64,000 nt of DNA from Alphaproteobacteria bacterium (GCA_965221125.1 CBDCRW010000003.1:416001-480000), one strand, 5' to 3'; positions 1 through 10,084 are shown, counted from the first letter of the stretch. Translations and numbers: made by a program. Notes: generated by a model from the letters alone, not told the origin.

Positions 1-531
1 CGTGTCGTAATGAGCGTTGAAGAGCGAGAGCTGCTGGTGGCCGTGCACCGCATCGCAGGTGTCGTCGATGTCAAGGGTTATGGCGGCGGGAGGGGCTTGG
101 AAGCTGCGGCAGAAGAGATCGACCAGCGCCGCCGTCATGCGCGCCACCTCGATACGAGACGGCGCGTTCTCCAGGCGGCTCATGGTCGGCTGGGAGCAGA
201 GTGCGCGGCCGCTCTCCGGCGCCTTGCCTGAGGCCAGCTTGAACAGAGGGTCCGCGCGCAGCGCGTCGCAGTCGTCGGCATCTTCGTAGCCACACGCAAT
301 GGCGAACATGCGGAAGCGCAGCATGGCCGAGAGCGAGTGGATCACCTGCGCCTGCTTGCGCCGGTCGCGGATGCAGCCGGCCAGGGTCTCGGCCAGGCGC
401 AAGCTGCGTTCCGCCTCACGAAGCAGGACGAGGCCGCCGTCAGACGAGATCAGGCCGCCGTCGAAGGCGGCGCTCACCTTCTTGCGTTGGACGCTTGGCA
501 GATCGAAGGGAAGAAGACTATCGTCGGTCAT
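1..531 (-). CDS. IS1380-family transposase, 5' part (runs off the window edge)
   Basis: Manual minus-strand translation from ATG at 531: MTDDSLLPFDLPSVQRKKVSAAFDGGLISSDGGLVLL...GYEDADDCDALRADPLFKLA...LCSQPTMSRLEN...ITLDIDDT...HGHQQLSLFNAHYD. These are typical IS1380 (DDE_Tnp_1_4) motifs. Not in the ORF track because it has no stop inside the window. Confidence 0.93.
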   Translation of the reverse strand, partial: MTDDSLLPFDLPSVQRKKVSAAFDGGLISSDGGLVLLREAERSLRLAETLAGCIRDRRKQAQVIHSLSAMLRFRMFAIACGYEDADDCDALRADPLFKLASGKAPESGRALCSQPTMSRLENAPSRIEVARMTAALVDLFCRSFQAPPAAITLDIDDTCDAVHGHQQLSLFNAHYDT

Positions 532-653
532 GGCGGGCGTGGCATTTTCGTTGTTCGGAGAGGAAGACGCCTCGGCAACGAATTCCTACCCGATGGCAAC
601 GACTTACGCTACGTCCGCCACCCCAAAACCAGACCTGCCATGAATAATTCGGG
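1..653 (-). mobile_element. IS1380-family insertion sequence, left part with terminal IR
   Basis: Transposase above; the element end reads CCCGAATTATTCAT on the minus strand (640-653), resembling IS1380 ends, followed by AT-rich TTAA (possible target duplication). Confidence 0.8.
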
Positions 654-862
654 TTAACAACATCCACGGCACGACCGATCGACCACACCGTTCAAGCGAC
701 AAGAGCACGCTTCGGAGAGAAATGAAGTGGTACCTAATTTGGTATCTGAAGATTTGGACCGAAGCCGCGCGAGGCGAAAGCTGGAACCATAAGATGCTGT
801 TATGTAGCAATTAATTTGTTCTTCTTATGGTGCAGGGGATGATGAGAGGCATTGCGCCAAGT

Positions 863-1208
863 ACCATGGTGCGGTGCACGACGCACGCCGCCGGGGTCAG
901 GATGACGCCATGAACCGACCCCATCCCTGCGCGCCCGCCCCCGCATCGCGCACCTGCGCGCAGGAAAAAACGCATCCGTATCCGCGCGCGCGGCCCGCTG
1001 GGCGCGCAAGAGGTTCTCCGCGCCCGCAACTCATTGGGCGAGAACGATATTTAGCGCGGACGCGGCCCGCCGCCTCGGTCCGCTTCGGTTCGATTTATCT
1101 CACCTTGTCTCGGCTTGTCTCACTTTCATCTCGGCTTGTCTCACTTTTGTCTCGGCTTGTCTCACCTGTCTGTCTCGGCTTGTCTCGGCTTATCTCGGCT
1201 TATCTCAG
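863..1208. repeat. Phased-decamer element copy 1: 17-mer ACCATGGTGCGGTGCAC (863-879) plus array of ~11 units T(G/A)TCTC(GGCT/ACCT/ACTTT) (1096-1208)
   Basis: Read directly; the 17-mer and the first 26 nt of the array are identical to those at 34002 and 34246. Confidence 0.85.
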
Positions 1209-1261
1209 GAAATCGCGCGGCGAGTCACTTGGATAGGAACGTCAGGAACGCCTCACCGGGT

Positions 1262-2167
1262 TCAGCCCAGCCGGTAGAAGCGCACGGCGTTGTCGTGGAA
1301 GAGCGCGCGCTGCTCGGCCGGGGAGAGGTCCGCGACGATGGTCTTGAACGAGGTGTAGACCGCATCGGCGCCGCCGTGCAGCCCGGCCACCGGGAAGTCG
1401 CTCGCGAACATGCAGCGCTCCACCCCGAAGGCGTCGATGGTGTGGCGGATGAAGGGGCGCGTGCTCTCGGTCGTCCAGTCGTGGTCGTAGGCGCCGAGGT
1501 CGGAGATCTTGACCGCGACGTTGGCGGCGCCCGCCAGCGCGCTCATGCCCGCACGCCAGGCCGCGATGGCGTCGTCGTCGCGGTCGGCGGGGCTGCCGGT
1601 GTGATTCAGGATGATCTGCGTGTCGGGGAAGGCCTGCGCGAGGTCCAAGGCATCGCCGAGCTGGCCCGAGTAGATCATCATGTCGAAGGAGAGACCGAAG
1701 CGCCGCAGCAGGCCGAAGCCACGCCGCCAGGCCGCATCCTGCATCAGGTCCGCGCGCTCGGTGAAGCTCCAGGCGGGGTTTTCGTGCCAGCTCAGGATCT
1801 GGCGGATGCCCCGCATGTTGGCGTGGCCGCAATGGGCCTCCAGCACCGCCTCCGCGTCCGCCGCCTCCAGCAGCGCGTTGCCGACGATGCCGTGGGGGAA
1901 GCCGCGCGCGTCGGCGAGGCTCTGCAGCCAGCGGGTCTCGGCGACCGGGTCGTCGAAAAAACTCGCCTGGATGTGGACCGACTTCACCAGGTCGATGCTC
2001 GCCATGTCGGCCAGAAAATCGTCGAGCAGGTAGTCGCGGATGAGCGGCGCGGTGCTGCCGAACACGACCTCGCGCGGGCCGTCGGTGAGCCACGAATAGC
2101 GGCCGGAACTCAGGTCCCAGAGGTGGTGGTGGGCGTCGACGATGGGCCCGTCGTAGAGGCTGCTCAT
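1262..2167 (-). CDS. Amidohydrolase_2 family protein (sugar-lactonase-like)
   Basis: IVDAHHHLWD metal motif, LNHTG, KISDL, RCMFASDFPV; start reassigned to MSSLYDG. Confidence 0.85.
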   Translation of the reverse strand: MSSLYDGPIVDAHHHLWDLSSGRYSWLTDGPREVVFGSTAPLIRDYLLDDFLADMASIDLVKSVHIQASFFDDPVAETRWLQSLADARGFPHGIVGNALLEAADAEAVLEAHCGHANMRGIRQILSWHENPAWSFTERADLMQDAAWRRGFGLLRRFGLSFDMMIYSGQLGDALDLAQAFPDTQIILNHTGSPADRDDDAIAAWRAGMSALAGAANVAVKISDLGAYDHDWTTESTRPFIRHTIDAFGVERCMFASDFPVAGLHGGADAVYTSFKTIVADLSPAEQRALFHDNAVRFYRLG

Positions 2168-2225
2168 GGCCTGCTCCGCTCGCTGTTTGCCGCCTGCGCG
2201 ATGGCCGCACAGCGGCGCGCCCAAG

Positions 2226-2696
2226 TCAAGGCGCCGGCGGCCTGCGCATGAGGATGTGGACGATCTCGTAGCTCAGCACCGGCTCGTCCCGCTGGTTGCG
2301 CACGTCGTAGGCCATGCGCACGTAGCCGCGGTCCGGCTTGGAGCGCGAGGGGCGGGCCTCGGCGACGGTGGCGATCGCGTGGATGGTATCGCCCGGCCGC
2401 GCCGGCCGGTGGAAGCGCACCGCGTCGATGCCCGGCCCGCCGATGCAGGCCTCGTTGATGACGCCGAGCTCGTAGAAAAGGCGGAAGCCGAGCGCCATGG
2501 TCTGAAAGCCGCTCGCGATCAGGCCGCCGTAGGGGCCGGCTGCCGCGCCCTCGGCGTCGACATGGATCGGCTGGGGGTCGAACTGCTCGGCGAAGGCGAC
2601 GATCTCCGCCTCGCCGAGCGGCCATGCGCCGGTGACGAAGCGCTCGCCCTCCTGCAGCTCGCCGAAGTAGCGCGCCGCCTTGCGAGCCTGCGTCAC
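2226..2696 (-). CDS. MaoC-family dehydratase
   Basis: FAEQFDPQPIHVD...GGLIASGFQT hot-dog fold motif; GTG start overlaps the upstream stop. Confidence 0.85.
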   Translation of the reverse strand: MTQARKAARYFGELQEGERFVTGAWPLGEAEIVAFAEQFDPQPIHVDAEGAAAGPYGGLIASGFQTMALGFRLFYELGVINEACIGGPGIDAVRFHRPARPGDTIHAIATVAEARPSRSKPDRGYVRMAYDVRNQRDEPVLSYEIVHILMRRPPAP

Positions 2697-3850
2697 AGCG
2701 TCGGGTTGTCGATGTCGAGCCCGTAGAGCATTCGCCCGTAGGTCGTGTAGTTCACGTCCTTGTTCTGGGTGAAGTGCTGGTTGGCGACCATCATGTCGGT
2801 GTAGAGGTTGCCGAGCGAGCTTCGGGTGTAGACGCTGGCGGCGCCGGAGAGATCCCAGATGGCGCGCGCGGCGTCCATGGCGACGTTGCCGGTATAGGTC
2901 GCGAGCGCGCGGCAGCGGGCGCGTTCCTCCAGGTTGGGCACGCGGCCCTCCTCGACGACGATCGCGCTGATCTCGTCGGCGGCGAACGTGAGCAGCTGCA
3001 GGGCGCCGTCGACCGCGCACTTCGCCTCGGAGAAGCGGATGTGCTGCGAGGCGAAGGTCGCGACGCCCTTCTCCGCCATGATCGAGCCCTTCTTGCGCGC
3101 GATCTCGTTGTATTCCGCGACCATCTCGAGGGCGATGCCGACCGCGCCGCTGGTGATGCCGCAGCCGAAGATGGGGTAGCTGGGGAGCAGGTAGAGCGGC
3201 GTCTCGCGCCAGTGGCCGCCGGGCGATTCGCCGCCGCGCAGCGCCTCCATGCAGAGCGCGCGGTGCGCGGGCACGAAGAACGCCTCGAGCTGCACGTCGT
3301 TGGTGCCGCTGCCGCGCAGGCCGAGCGCGTGCCAGGTGTCCAGGATCTCGATCTCGTCGCGCCGGATGAGGAAGTGCAGGTGGCTCTCGTGCTCCCCTGC
3401 CCGGCCCTCCTCGTAGCCGGAGACGAGCAACCAGTCGCAGGTGTCCACGCCTGTGACGAAGGGCCAGCGCCCGCTCACCCGGTAGCCGCCGGGGACGCGC
3501 TGGTAGCGGCCGAGGCTCTGGATCAGGATGCCGGCGAGGAGCGCCTTCGGGTCCTCGCCCCAGACCTCGTCCTGCGCCTCCTTCGGCCACTGGGCGACCA
3601 TGAAGGGATGCACGACGTACTGAAGGACCGCCCAGCCGGTGGAGCCGCAGGCGGCGCCGATTTCGGATATCGCGTGGACGATGTTGCGCAGAGGCCCGCC
3701 CTCGCCGCCGTAGGCCGGCGGCTGCAGGATGCGCGCGGCGCCCGACTCACGGACCATCTCCCGGATCTCGGGCAGGACGGCGCGGTTCTCGCGGGTCTCG
3801 TTCCGCCGCGCGCGCAGGGCGGGCAGGAGGGCGTCAAGATCGGCGCGCAT
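2693..3850 (-). CDS. Flavin-dependent monooxygenase oxygenase subunit, acyl-CoA dehydrogenase fold (HsaA/C2-HpaH-like)
   Basis: LQPPAYGG, ACGSTGW, SGRWPFVTGVDTCDW, DTWHALGLRGSGT motifs; start MRADLDA with GGAG RBS. Confidence 0.8.
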   Translation of the reverse strand: MRADLDALLPALRARRNETRENRAVLPEIREMVRESGAARILQPPAYGGEGGPLRNIVHAISEIGAACGSTGWAVLQYVVHPFMVAQWPKEAQDEVWGEDPKALLAGILIQSLGRYQRVPGGYRVSGRWPFVTGVDTCDWLLVSGYEEGRAGEHESHLHFLIRRDEIEILDTWHALGLRGSGTNDVQLEAFFVPAHRALCMEALRGGESPGGHWRETPLYLLPSYPIFGCGITSGAVGIALEMVAEYNEIARKKGSIMAEKGVATFASQHIRFSEAKCAVDGALQLLTFAADEISAIVVEEGRVPNLEERARCRALATYTGNVAMDAARAIWDLSGAASVYTRSSLGNLYTDMMVANQHFTQNKDVNYTTYGRMLYGLDIDNPTL

Positions 3851-4052
3851 GGCTCCCTTTCCGTGCTCCGGGACGATGTCGAGGACGGCTCCCCGCTCGC
3901 CGGCGGCTCCGGCGCGCGCCATCATGGCGACGCGAAGCGGAGCGGACAAGGCCGGGTGCCGCGCGTGTGAAGGGGTTCCGCCGCGACGGCGTAAGGCTGT
4001 ACTCTCCCGGCGCGCGGCGGGGGGCCGCGGCCGAGACGAGAGGGAGTGCGGC

Positions 4053-4778
4053 ATGAGCAAGACGGCGATCGTGATCGGCGTGGGCGCGGGCGAGGGACTG
4101 GGCGCGGCGGTCTGCCGCATGGCGGCGCGCGAAGGGCTGCACGTCTTCGTCGGCGGGCGCACGCAGGCCAAGGTGGATGCGGTCGCGGCCGCGATCGGGG
4201 CGGCGGGCGGCAACGCCACGGCGCTGGTCGCGGACACCACGGACGAAGCCTCGGTCGCCGCCTTCGTCGATGCGGCGGAGGCGCAAGGGCCAATCGACCT
4301 CGCCGTCTTCAACGCCGGCAACAACATGCCGGGCAACCCGCTGGAGATGGAGGCCGAATACTTCGAGACCTGCTGGCGCATCGGCTGCTTCGGCGGCTTC
4401 CTGTTCAGCCGCGAGGCGCTGCGCCGCATGGTGCCGCGCGGCGAGGGCACGCTGCTGCTCACAGGTGCCAGCGCATCGATGCGGGGCAAGCCCAACTTCG
4501 CCGCGTTCACCGCCGCCAAGGCGGGGCTCCGCGCGCTCGGCCAGAGCCTCGCGCGGGAGTTCGGCCCGCAGGGGATCCACGTGGCGCACGTGGTGGTGGA
4601 CGGCGGCATCGGCGGCGAGCGGCTGAAGACCCGCGCGCCCGAGTTCGCCGCGCGGATGGGCGAGGACGGGCTGATCGGCCTCGACGGGCTCGCGGAGTCC
4701 TACCGCTTCCTCTACCGCCAGCCGCGCAACGCCTGGACGCAGGAGCTCGACCTGCGCACCCACAAGGAAGTGTACTGA
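4053..4778 (+). CDS. SDR-family NAD(P)-dependent oxidoreductase
   Basis: IGVGAGEGLG Rossmann motif, FNAGNN, FTAAKAGLRA. Confidence 0.88.
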   Translation: MSKTAIVIGVGAGEGLGAAVCRMAAREGLHVFVGGRTQAKVDAVAAAIGAAGGNATALVADTTDEASVAAFVDAAEAQGPIDLAVFNAGNNMPGNPLEMEAEYFETCWRIGCFGGFLFSREALRRMVPRGEGTLLLTGASASMRGKPNFAAFTAAKAGLRALGQSLAREFGPQGIHVAHVVVDGGIGGERLKTRAPEFAARMGEDGLIGLDGLAESYRFLYRQPRNAWTQELDLRTHKEVY

Positions 4779-4852
4779 GGGCGCGGCCGGCGCTCGCAGC
4801 TGCCGCAGCGCCGGCGATTGACATGCCGGCCCAAACGCCGCTTTCTGCCGCC

Positions 4853-6064
4853 ATGCCGGAGAAGCCCGCGAAGCTGCCGCTGCAGGGTGTGCGCGTCATC
4901 GACCTCGCGACCTTCATCGCAGGCCCGTTCACGGCCGCCGTGCTGAGCGAGTTCGGCGCCGAGGTCATCAAAGTCGAGCAGCCGGGGCTGGGCGATCCGC
5001 TCCGCAAGTTCGGCTCGCCGAGCCAGCGGGGCGACGGCTACGCCTGGCTCTCCGAGCAGCGCAACAAGAAGTCCGTCACCCTCGACCTGCGCCAGCCCGA
5101 GGGCGCGGCCCTCTTCAAGCGCCTCGTCGCCGAGGCGGACATCCTCTGCGAGAATTTCCGGCCCGGCACCATGGAGAAGTGGGGCCTCGGGCCGGAGGCG
5201 CTGAAGGCCGTGAACCCCGGCCTCGTCATGGTGCGGATCTCGGGCTACGGCCAGACCGGCCCCTACAGGGACCGCCCCGGCTTCGCCCGCATCGCGCATG
5301 CCTTCGGCGGGCTCACGCACCTCACCGGGGTTCCCGGCGGGCCGCCGCTCACGCCGGGCTCCACCTCGCTCGCCGACTATATTTCGGGCCTCTACGGCGC
5401 GGTGGGCGCGCTGCTCGCGCTCCGCAGCCGCGAGGAGGCGGGCGGACAGGTGATCGACATCGCGCTCTACGAATCGATCTTCCGCGTGCTCGACGAGATG
5501 GCGCCGCTCTACGCCGCCACCGGGTTCGTGCGCCCCCGGCTCGGGCTGATGACCAGCAACGTCTGCCCCCACGGGCACTTCGAGTGCGGCGACGGCGGCT
5601 GGGTCGCGATCGCGTGCACCAGCGACAAGATGTGGCGCCGCATGGCTACCGTGCTCGGCCGGGGCGAGTTGGGCGAGGACGAGCGCTACGCCACCAGCGC
5701 CCGGCGGGTGGAGAACCGCGACGACGTGGAGGCCATGGTCACGGCGTTCACCCTCTCGCTGCCGCGCGACAGGGTGGTGGAGACCTGCAATGCGGGCGGC
5801 GTGCCGACCTCGCCGGTCTATTCCGTCGCCGACATCTTCGAGGACCCGCAGTACCGGGCGCGGGGGACGCTGAAGGACGTGGTCGAGCCCGAGACCGGCG
5901 AGCACGTCCACGTGCCGAACGTGCTCCCCGCCCTCTCCGAGACGCCGGGGCGGATCGAGAGCCTCGGCCCCCGGCTCGGCGCGCACAACGACGAGGTGTA
6001 CGGCACCCTGCTCGGGCTCACGGACGCCGAGCGCGAGACCTTGCGCGAGAAAGGCGTGATCTGA
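4853..6064 (+). CDS. CaiB/BaiF family III CoA transferase
   Basis: LQGVRVIDLATFIAGPF, RNKKSVTLDLR, ENFRPG; alternative start at 4823. Confidence 0.9.
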   Translation: MPEKPAKLPLQGVRVIDLATFIAGPFTAAVLSEFGAEVIKVEQPGLGDPLRKFGSPSQRGDGYAWLSEQRNKKSVTLDLRQPEGAALFKRLVAEADILCENFRPGTMEKWGLGPEALKAVNPGLVMVRISGYGQTGPYRDRPGFARIAHAFGGLTHLTGVPGGPPLTPGSTSLADYISGLYGAVGALLALRSREEAGGQVIDIALYESIFRVLDEMAPLYAATGFVRPRLGLMTSNVCPHGHFECGDGGWVAIACTSDKMWRRMATVLGRGELGEDERYATSARRVENRDDVEAMVTAFTLSLPRDRVVETCNAGGVPTSPVYSVADIFEDPQYRARGTLKDVVEPETGEHVHVPNVLPALSETPGRIESLGPRLGAHNDEVYGTLLGLTDAERETLREKGVI

Positions 6065-6703
6065 ATGAAGGACCCCTGCCGGCTCTACCTGATCACGCCG
6101 CCGGAGATCGCGCTTGATGCGTTCGCACCCAAGCTCGAGGCCGCGCTCGACGCGGGCGACGTCGCCTGCCTGCAACTCAGGCTGAAGGGAGCGGACGACG
6201 ACGACGTGCGCCGCGCGGGCGAGCGGCTGCTGCCGATCTGCCAGGCGCGCGACGTGCCGCTGCTCGTCAACGACCGGCCCGATCTCGCGGCGGAGCTTGG
6301 CGCGGACGGCGTCCACGTCGGCGCCGACGACGCGGAGTACGGGCAAGCGCGCGAGACCGTGGGCGCGAACGGGACGGTGGGCGTGAGCTGCTACGATTCC
6401 CGCCACCGGGCCATGGAGGCCGCGGCGGCGGGCGCCGACTACGTCGCCTTCGGCGCCTTCTTCCCCACCGCGACCAAGACGCCGCGCGCCAGTGCGGACG
6501 TCGACCTGCTGACGTGGTGGCACACGCTGATGGTGGTGCCCTGCGTCGCCATCGGCGGCATCACGGCGGAGAACTGCGGGCCGCTGGTGGAGAACGGCGC
6601 GGATTTTCTGGCCGTGATCGGCGGCGTGTGGTCGCACCCGGAGGGGCCAGCTGCGGGCGTCGAGTCGATCAACCGCGCCATTGCCAGCGCCGGGGCGAGT
6701 TGA
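6065..6703 (+). CDS. thiE: Thiamine-phosphate synthase
   Basis: LYLITPP, LQLRLK, NDRPDLA, GVHVG, FFPTATK, AIGGIT; usual neighbour of efp. Confidence 0.92.
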   Translation: MKDPCRLYLITPPEIALDAFAPKLEAALDAGDVACLQLRLKGADDDDVRRAGERLLPICQARDVPLLVNDRPDLAAELGADGVHVGADDAEYGQARETVGANGTVGVSCYDSRHRAMEAAAAGADYVAFGAFFPTATKTPRASADVDLLTWWHTLMVVPCVAIGGITAENCGPLVENGADFLAVIGGVWSHPEGPAAGVESINRAIASAGAS

Positions 6704-6738
6704 TATAGCCTGCTGCCCCTCGCGAACGGCCGAATTCC

Positions 6739-7305
6739 ATGAAGATCAACGGCAACGCCATCCGCCCCGGCATGGTGATCGAGCATCAGGATCGCCTCTG
6801 GGTCGCGGTGAAGATCCAGCACACCCAGCCCGGCAAGGGCGGCGCCTACCTGCAGGTCGAGCTCAAGGACCTGCGCGACGGGACCAAGCTCAACGAGCGG
6901 TTTCGCGCGTCCGAGAACGTCGAGCGCGCGCGCCTCGACCAGAAGCAGTTCCAGTACCTCTACGAGGACGGCGACCTGCTCCACTTCATGGATCAGGAGA
7001 CCTACGAGCAGACCAGCATCGCGCGCGACATGATCGGCGAGCGCATGGTCTTCATGCACGAGGGGATGATGGTCACCATCGAGTCCCACGAGGGCGAGCC
7101 GCTCGGCGTGACGCTGCCCGACACGGTGGTGCAGACGGTCACCGAGACCGAGCCGGTGGTGAAGGGCCAGACGGCCGCGGCCTCGTACAAGCCCGCGCTG
7201 CTGGATAACGGCATCAGGATGATGGTGCCGCCGCACATCTCCGAGGGCGAGCGCATCGTCGTCAGCACCGCCGATTCGAGCTACGTCGAGCGCGCCCGCG
7301 ACTGA
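6739..7305 (+). CDS. efp: Elongation factor P
   Basis: PGKGGAY loop, [17 protein letters not shown]-terminus. Confidence 0.97.
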   Translation: MKINGNAIRPGMVIEHQDRLWVAVKIQHTQPGKGGAYLQVELKDLRDGTKLNERFRASENVERARLDQKQFQYLYEDGDLLHFMDQETYEQTSIARDMIGERMVFMHEGMMVTIESHEGEPLGVTLPDTVVQTVTETEPVVKGQTAAASYKPALLDNGIRMMVPPHISEGERIVVSTADSSYVERARD

Positions 7306-7364
7306 ATCATAAGTATTCGGGCGGGGCGACGCCGCTCCCCGCCCCCGACACAAGAAGACTGCCG

Positions 7365-8162
7365 ATGTCCCGCCGCTCGCCGCTCATCACGGTCATGGTG
7401 AACGCCGCCTACAAGGCGGCGCGCGACCTGGTGCGCGACTTCGGCGAGGTCGAGAACCTGCAGGTCTCGCAGAAGGGGCCGGCGGACTTCGTCTCGGCCG
7501 CGGACCACCGGGCGGAGGCGACCATCGTCGCCGAGCTGCGCCGGGCGCGGCCGCGCTTCGGCTTCCTGTTGGAGGAGAGCGGCGCGGTGGCGGGCGAGGA
7601 CAGCTCCAACCGCTGGGTCGTCGATCCGCTGGACGGCACCACCAACTTCCTGCACGGGCTGCCCCATTTCGCGATCTCCATCGGGCTGGAGCGCGACGGC
7701 AGGCCCCATGCCGGCGTGATCTACGACCCCATCCGCGACGAGGTTTTTTGGGCGGAGAACGGCGCCGGCGCCTTTCTCAACAACCAGCGGCTCAGGGTCT
7801 CGGCCCGGCGGACGCTCGCGAGCGCGCTGCTCGCGACCGGCATGCCCTTCGGCGCGCGTCCACGCTACCCGCAGCATCCCGGCATGGTGCGCCGGCTCGC
7901 CGGCCAGACCGCGGGCGTGCGCCGGACAGGCTCGACCGCGCTCGACCTCGCCTATGTGGCGGCCGGGCGGCTCGACGGGTACTGGGGCTTCGGCATGGAG
8001 CCCTGGGACCTCGCGGCCGGGATCATCATCGTGCGCGAGGCCGGCGGCATCGTCACCGAGGTCGGCGGCGGCGCGGACTCCATGACGAGCGGCGACGTGC
8101 TGGCCGCCAACGGCAACCTGCACGGCCTGCTGCGGGAGGCGCTGGCGCAATCGGACGAGTGA
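7365..8162 (+). CDS. suhB: Inositol monophosphatase family protein
   Basis: WVVDPLDGTTNF, RRTGSTALDLAYVAAGR, WDLAAG. Confidence 0.93.
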   Translation: MSRRSPLITVMVNAAYKAARDLVRDFGEVENLQVSQKGPADFVSAADHRAEATIVAELRRARPRFGFLLEESGAVAGEDSSNRWVVDPLDGTTNFLHGLPHFAISIGLERDGRPHAGVIYDPIRDEVFWAENGAGAFLNNQRLRVSARRTLASALLATGMPFGARPRYPQHPGMVRRLAGQTAGVRRTGSTALDLAYVAAGRLDGYWGFGMEPWDLAAGIIIVREAGGIVTEVGGGADSMTSGDVLAANGNLHGLLREALAQSDE

Positions 8163-8535
8163 GGGCGGGCGGGCTGTTCAGGTTCATTTGCGGCCTGCCC
8201 GGCGAGGTCGGCATCGTGGCGGATGCACGCCCGCACGATTTGAGGCATAGTCGCGCTCCACGTGCCATCATGAAGGCGAGTGCCTGCACATGACAGGGGC
8301 CTGCTTGGACACCGTCTCCCACCCACCACCAACCGTTATATTCATCTCGATGATGCAACGCCGAGTCGGACCGCTGAACGTGTGGCCTTAGTGATTCAAT
8401 CGAAACTCTGCATCGGATGATGGGAGTCGTGAGAATCGGAGCAATACGCTCAAGAAAATGAATTGCATGATGACGGGGGGTGAACGGCAAGGGACTGTAG
8501 TATCGCAGACTTCTTGCCGAGGAGGGGTTGGGACT

Positions 8536-9450
8536 GTGACGAGTTTGAAAATTTACCTTGGCGACTGTCTGGACATCACATCAGACTTCGAATCTGGCTC
8601 GTTCGATCTGATATACATTGATCCACCGTTCAACACTGGGAAAGTGCAATCCCGAAAACGGCTGAAGACAGTGAGGGACGAACAGGGAGACCGCACCGGG
8701 TTCCAAGGAAAGCGATACAAGACTCAAGTACTTGGAGAGTCTTCTTTCGACGATAATTTTGATGATTTCATGACATTCATCGAACCACGGCTTAGGGAAG
8801 CACATCGTCTCTTATCGCCGCAGGGATCGTTCTTCTTCCATATAGACTACCGCGAATCCCATTACTGTAAGGTGATGCTGGACAACATTTTTGGCCGCGA
8901 GTCGTTCAAGAACGAGATCGTATGGGCATACGACTACGGCGCAAGGTCCAAGAAACGCTGGTCCGCCAAGCACGACAACATCTTTTGGTATGCCAAAGAC
9001 CCAGGCAACTATATCTATCGTTATGACGATATTGACCGCATTCCATACATGGCCCCCGGACTGGTGGGACCGGAGAAGGCCGCAAAGGGGAAGACACCGA
9101 CCGATGTATGGTGGCAGACAATCGTGAGTCCGAATGGCAAGGAGAAGACGGGATATCCGACACAGAAACCTATTGCTATTTTGAACCGCATAGTTCGGGT
9201 TCACTCAAATCCTGGCGACAGAGTGCTCGACTTCTTTGCCGGCAGCGGGACGACTGGTGAGGCAGCAGTCTGCTCAGGTCGGAATGCTGTTTTGGTGGAC
9301 AATAGCCCGGAAGCAATTCGAGTCATGAGTCGCCGGCTATCGTTCGCTTCCCCTGTAATCCACGGAGAAATACATGCCGTCGATCAAAGATCACGAAGTG
9401 AAGATACTGGCGACCTGTTCACTAACCTTGCAATCCGATTATCCAAGTGA
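8536..9450 (+). CDS. Site-specific DNA methyltransferase (N6-A/N4-C, beta-class motif order)
   Basis: IYIDPPF catalytic motif precedes VLDFFAGSGTTG SAM motif; YPTQKP; GTG start after GGAGG (ORF open from 8458); visibly AT-richer than flanks. Confidence 0.9.
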   Translation: MTSLKIYLGDCLDITSDFESGSFDLIYIDPPFNTGKVQSRKRLKTVRDEQGDRTGFQGKRYKTQVLGESSFDDNFDDFMTFIEPRLREAHRLLSPQGSFFFHIDYRESHYCKVMLDNIFGRESFKNEIVWAYDYGARSKKRWSAKHDNIFWYAKDPGNYIYRYDDIDRIPYMAPGLVGPEKAAKGKTPTDVWWQTIVSPNGKEKTGYPTQKPIAILNRIVRVHSNPGDRVLDFFAGSGTTGEAAVCSGRNAVLVDNSPEAIRVMSRRLSFASPVIHGEIHAVDQRSRSEDTGDLFTNLAIRLSK

Positions 9451-9949
9451 GGGGGACGACGCTTGGAAGGAGAGTCCATTCAACTGGATCAGGACAAGGA
9501 GATCGTCCAGGCAAAGGGGTACGATAGGAGAGAAGCTGGTATCCGGCTACTTGGCTCTGAAGGGCTTTGACGTTACGCGATCTCCCGATTCCGGCGCGGA
9601 CAGGATTGTTGGAGGAAAACGCGTTGAAATTAAGACGAGCACACTTTGGGACGTCGGCCTTTACAGGTTTCAACAAATACGTGACCAGGATTATCATTTT
9701 GCACTTTGCCTCGGTATCAGCCCCTTTGATGCTCATTGCTGGGTCGTACCCAAAGATGTTCTGCTAGAAAGTTGGGCAAGCGGAGCCGTAGGAATGACAT
9801 CACAGCATGGTGGAAGCTCCGGGACAGATACGGCATGGTTGAGTGTAAACCCTGATAATGTTCCGGAATGGTTGAGTAAGTGGGGTGGAACGCTATCAGA
9901 CGCAGTAGAGTTGATCGGTGAGATTACCGATCAGGACCGCTTGATATGA
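9374..9949 (+). CDS. Putative type II restriction endonuclease (PD-(D/E)xK fold)
   Basis: RGTIGEKLV...ADRIVGGKRVEIKTS gives an E...D...ExK catalytic pattern; overlaps the MTase 3' end by 77 bp. Confidence 0.7.
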   Translation: MPSIKDHEVKILATCSLTLQSDYPSEGDDAWKESPFNWIRTRRSSRQRGTIGEKLVSGYLALKGFDVTRSPDSGADRIVGGKRVEIKTSTLWDVGLYRFQQIRDQDYHFALCLGISPFDAHCWVVPKDVLLESWASGAVGMTSQHGGSSGTDTAWLSVNPDNVPEWLSKWGGTLSDAVELIGEITDQDRLI

Positions 9950-10084
9950 AGACAGCAACCGAAGGGGTGGGGTAAAGAGACAAGGTCGAAATCCAGGTCG
10001 AGCGATCCGTCCAACTACTCTAACAAGATCGAATACCAAGTTGACGCTGGAACGGAAAACGAGTCGCATGTACCGGGGGACGGA

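Noticed and set aside
1096-1208. CRISPR array interpretation of the decamer arrays (also 34246-34305)
   Set aside because: Units are 10-11 bp and contiguous, with no unique spacers and no cas genes.
1237-1249. GAAC-GTCAG-GAAC after array copy 1 as a LexA box
   Set aside because: Spacer is 5 nt, not the required 7.
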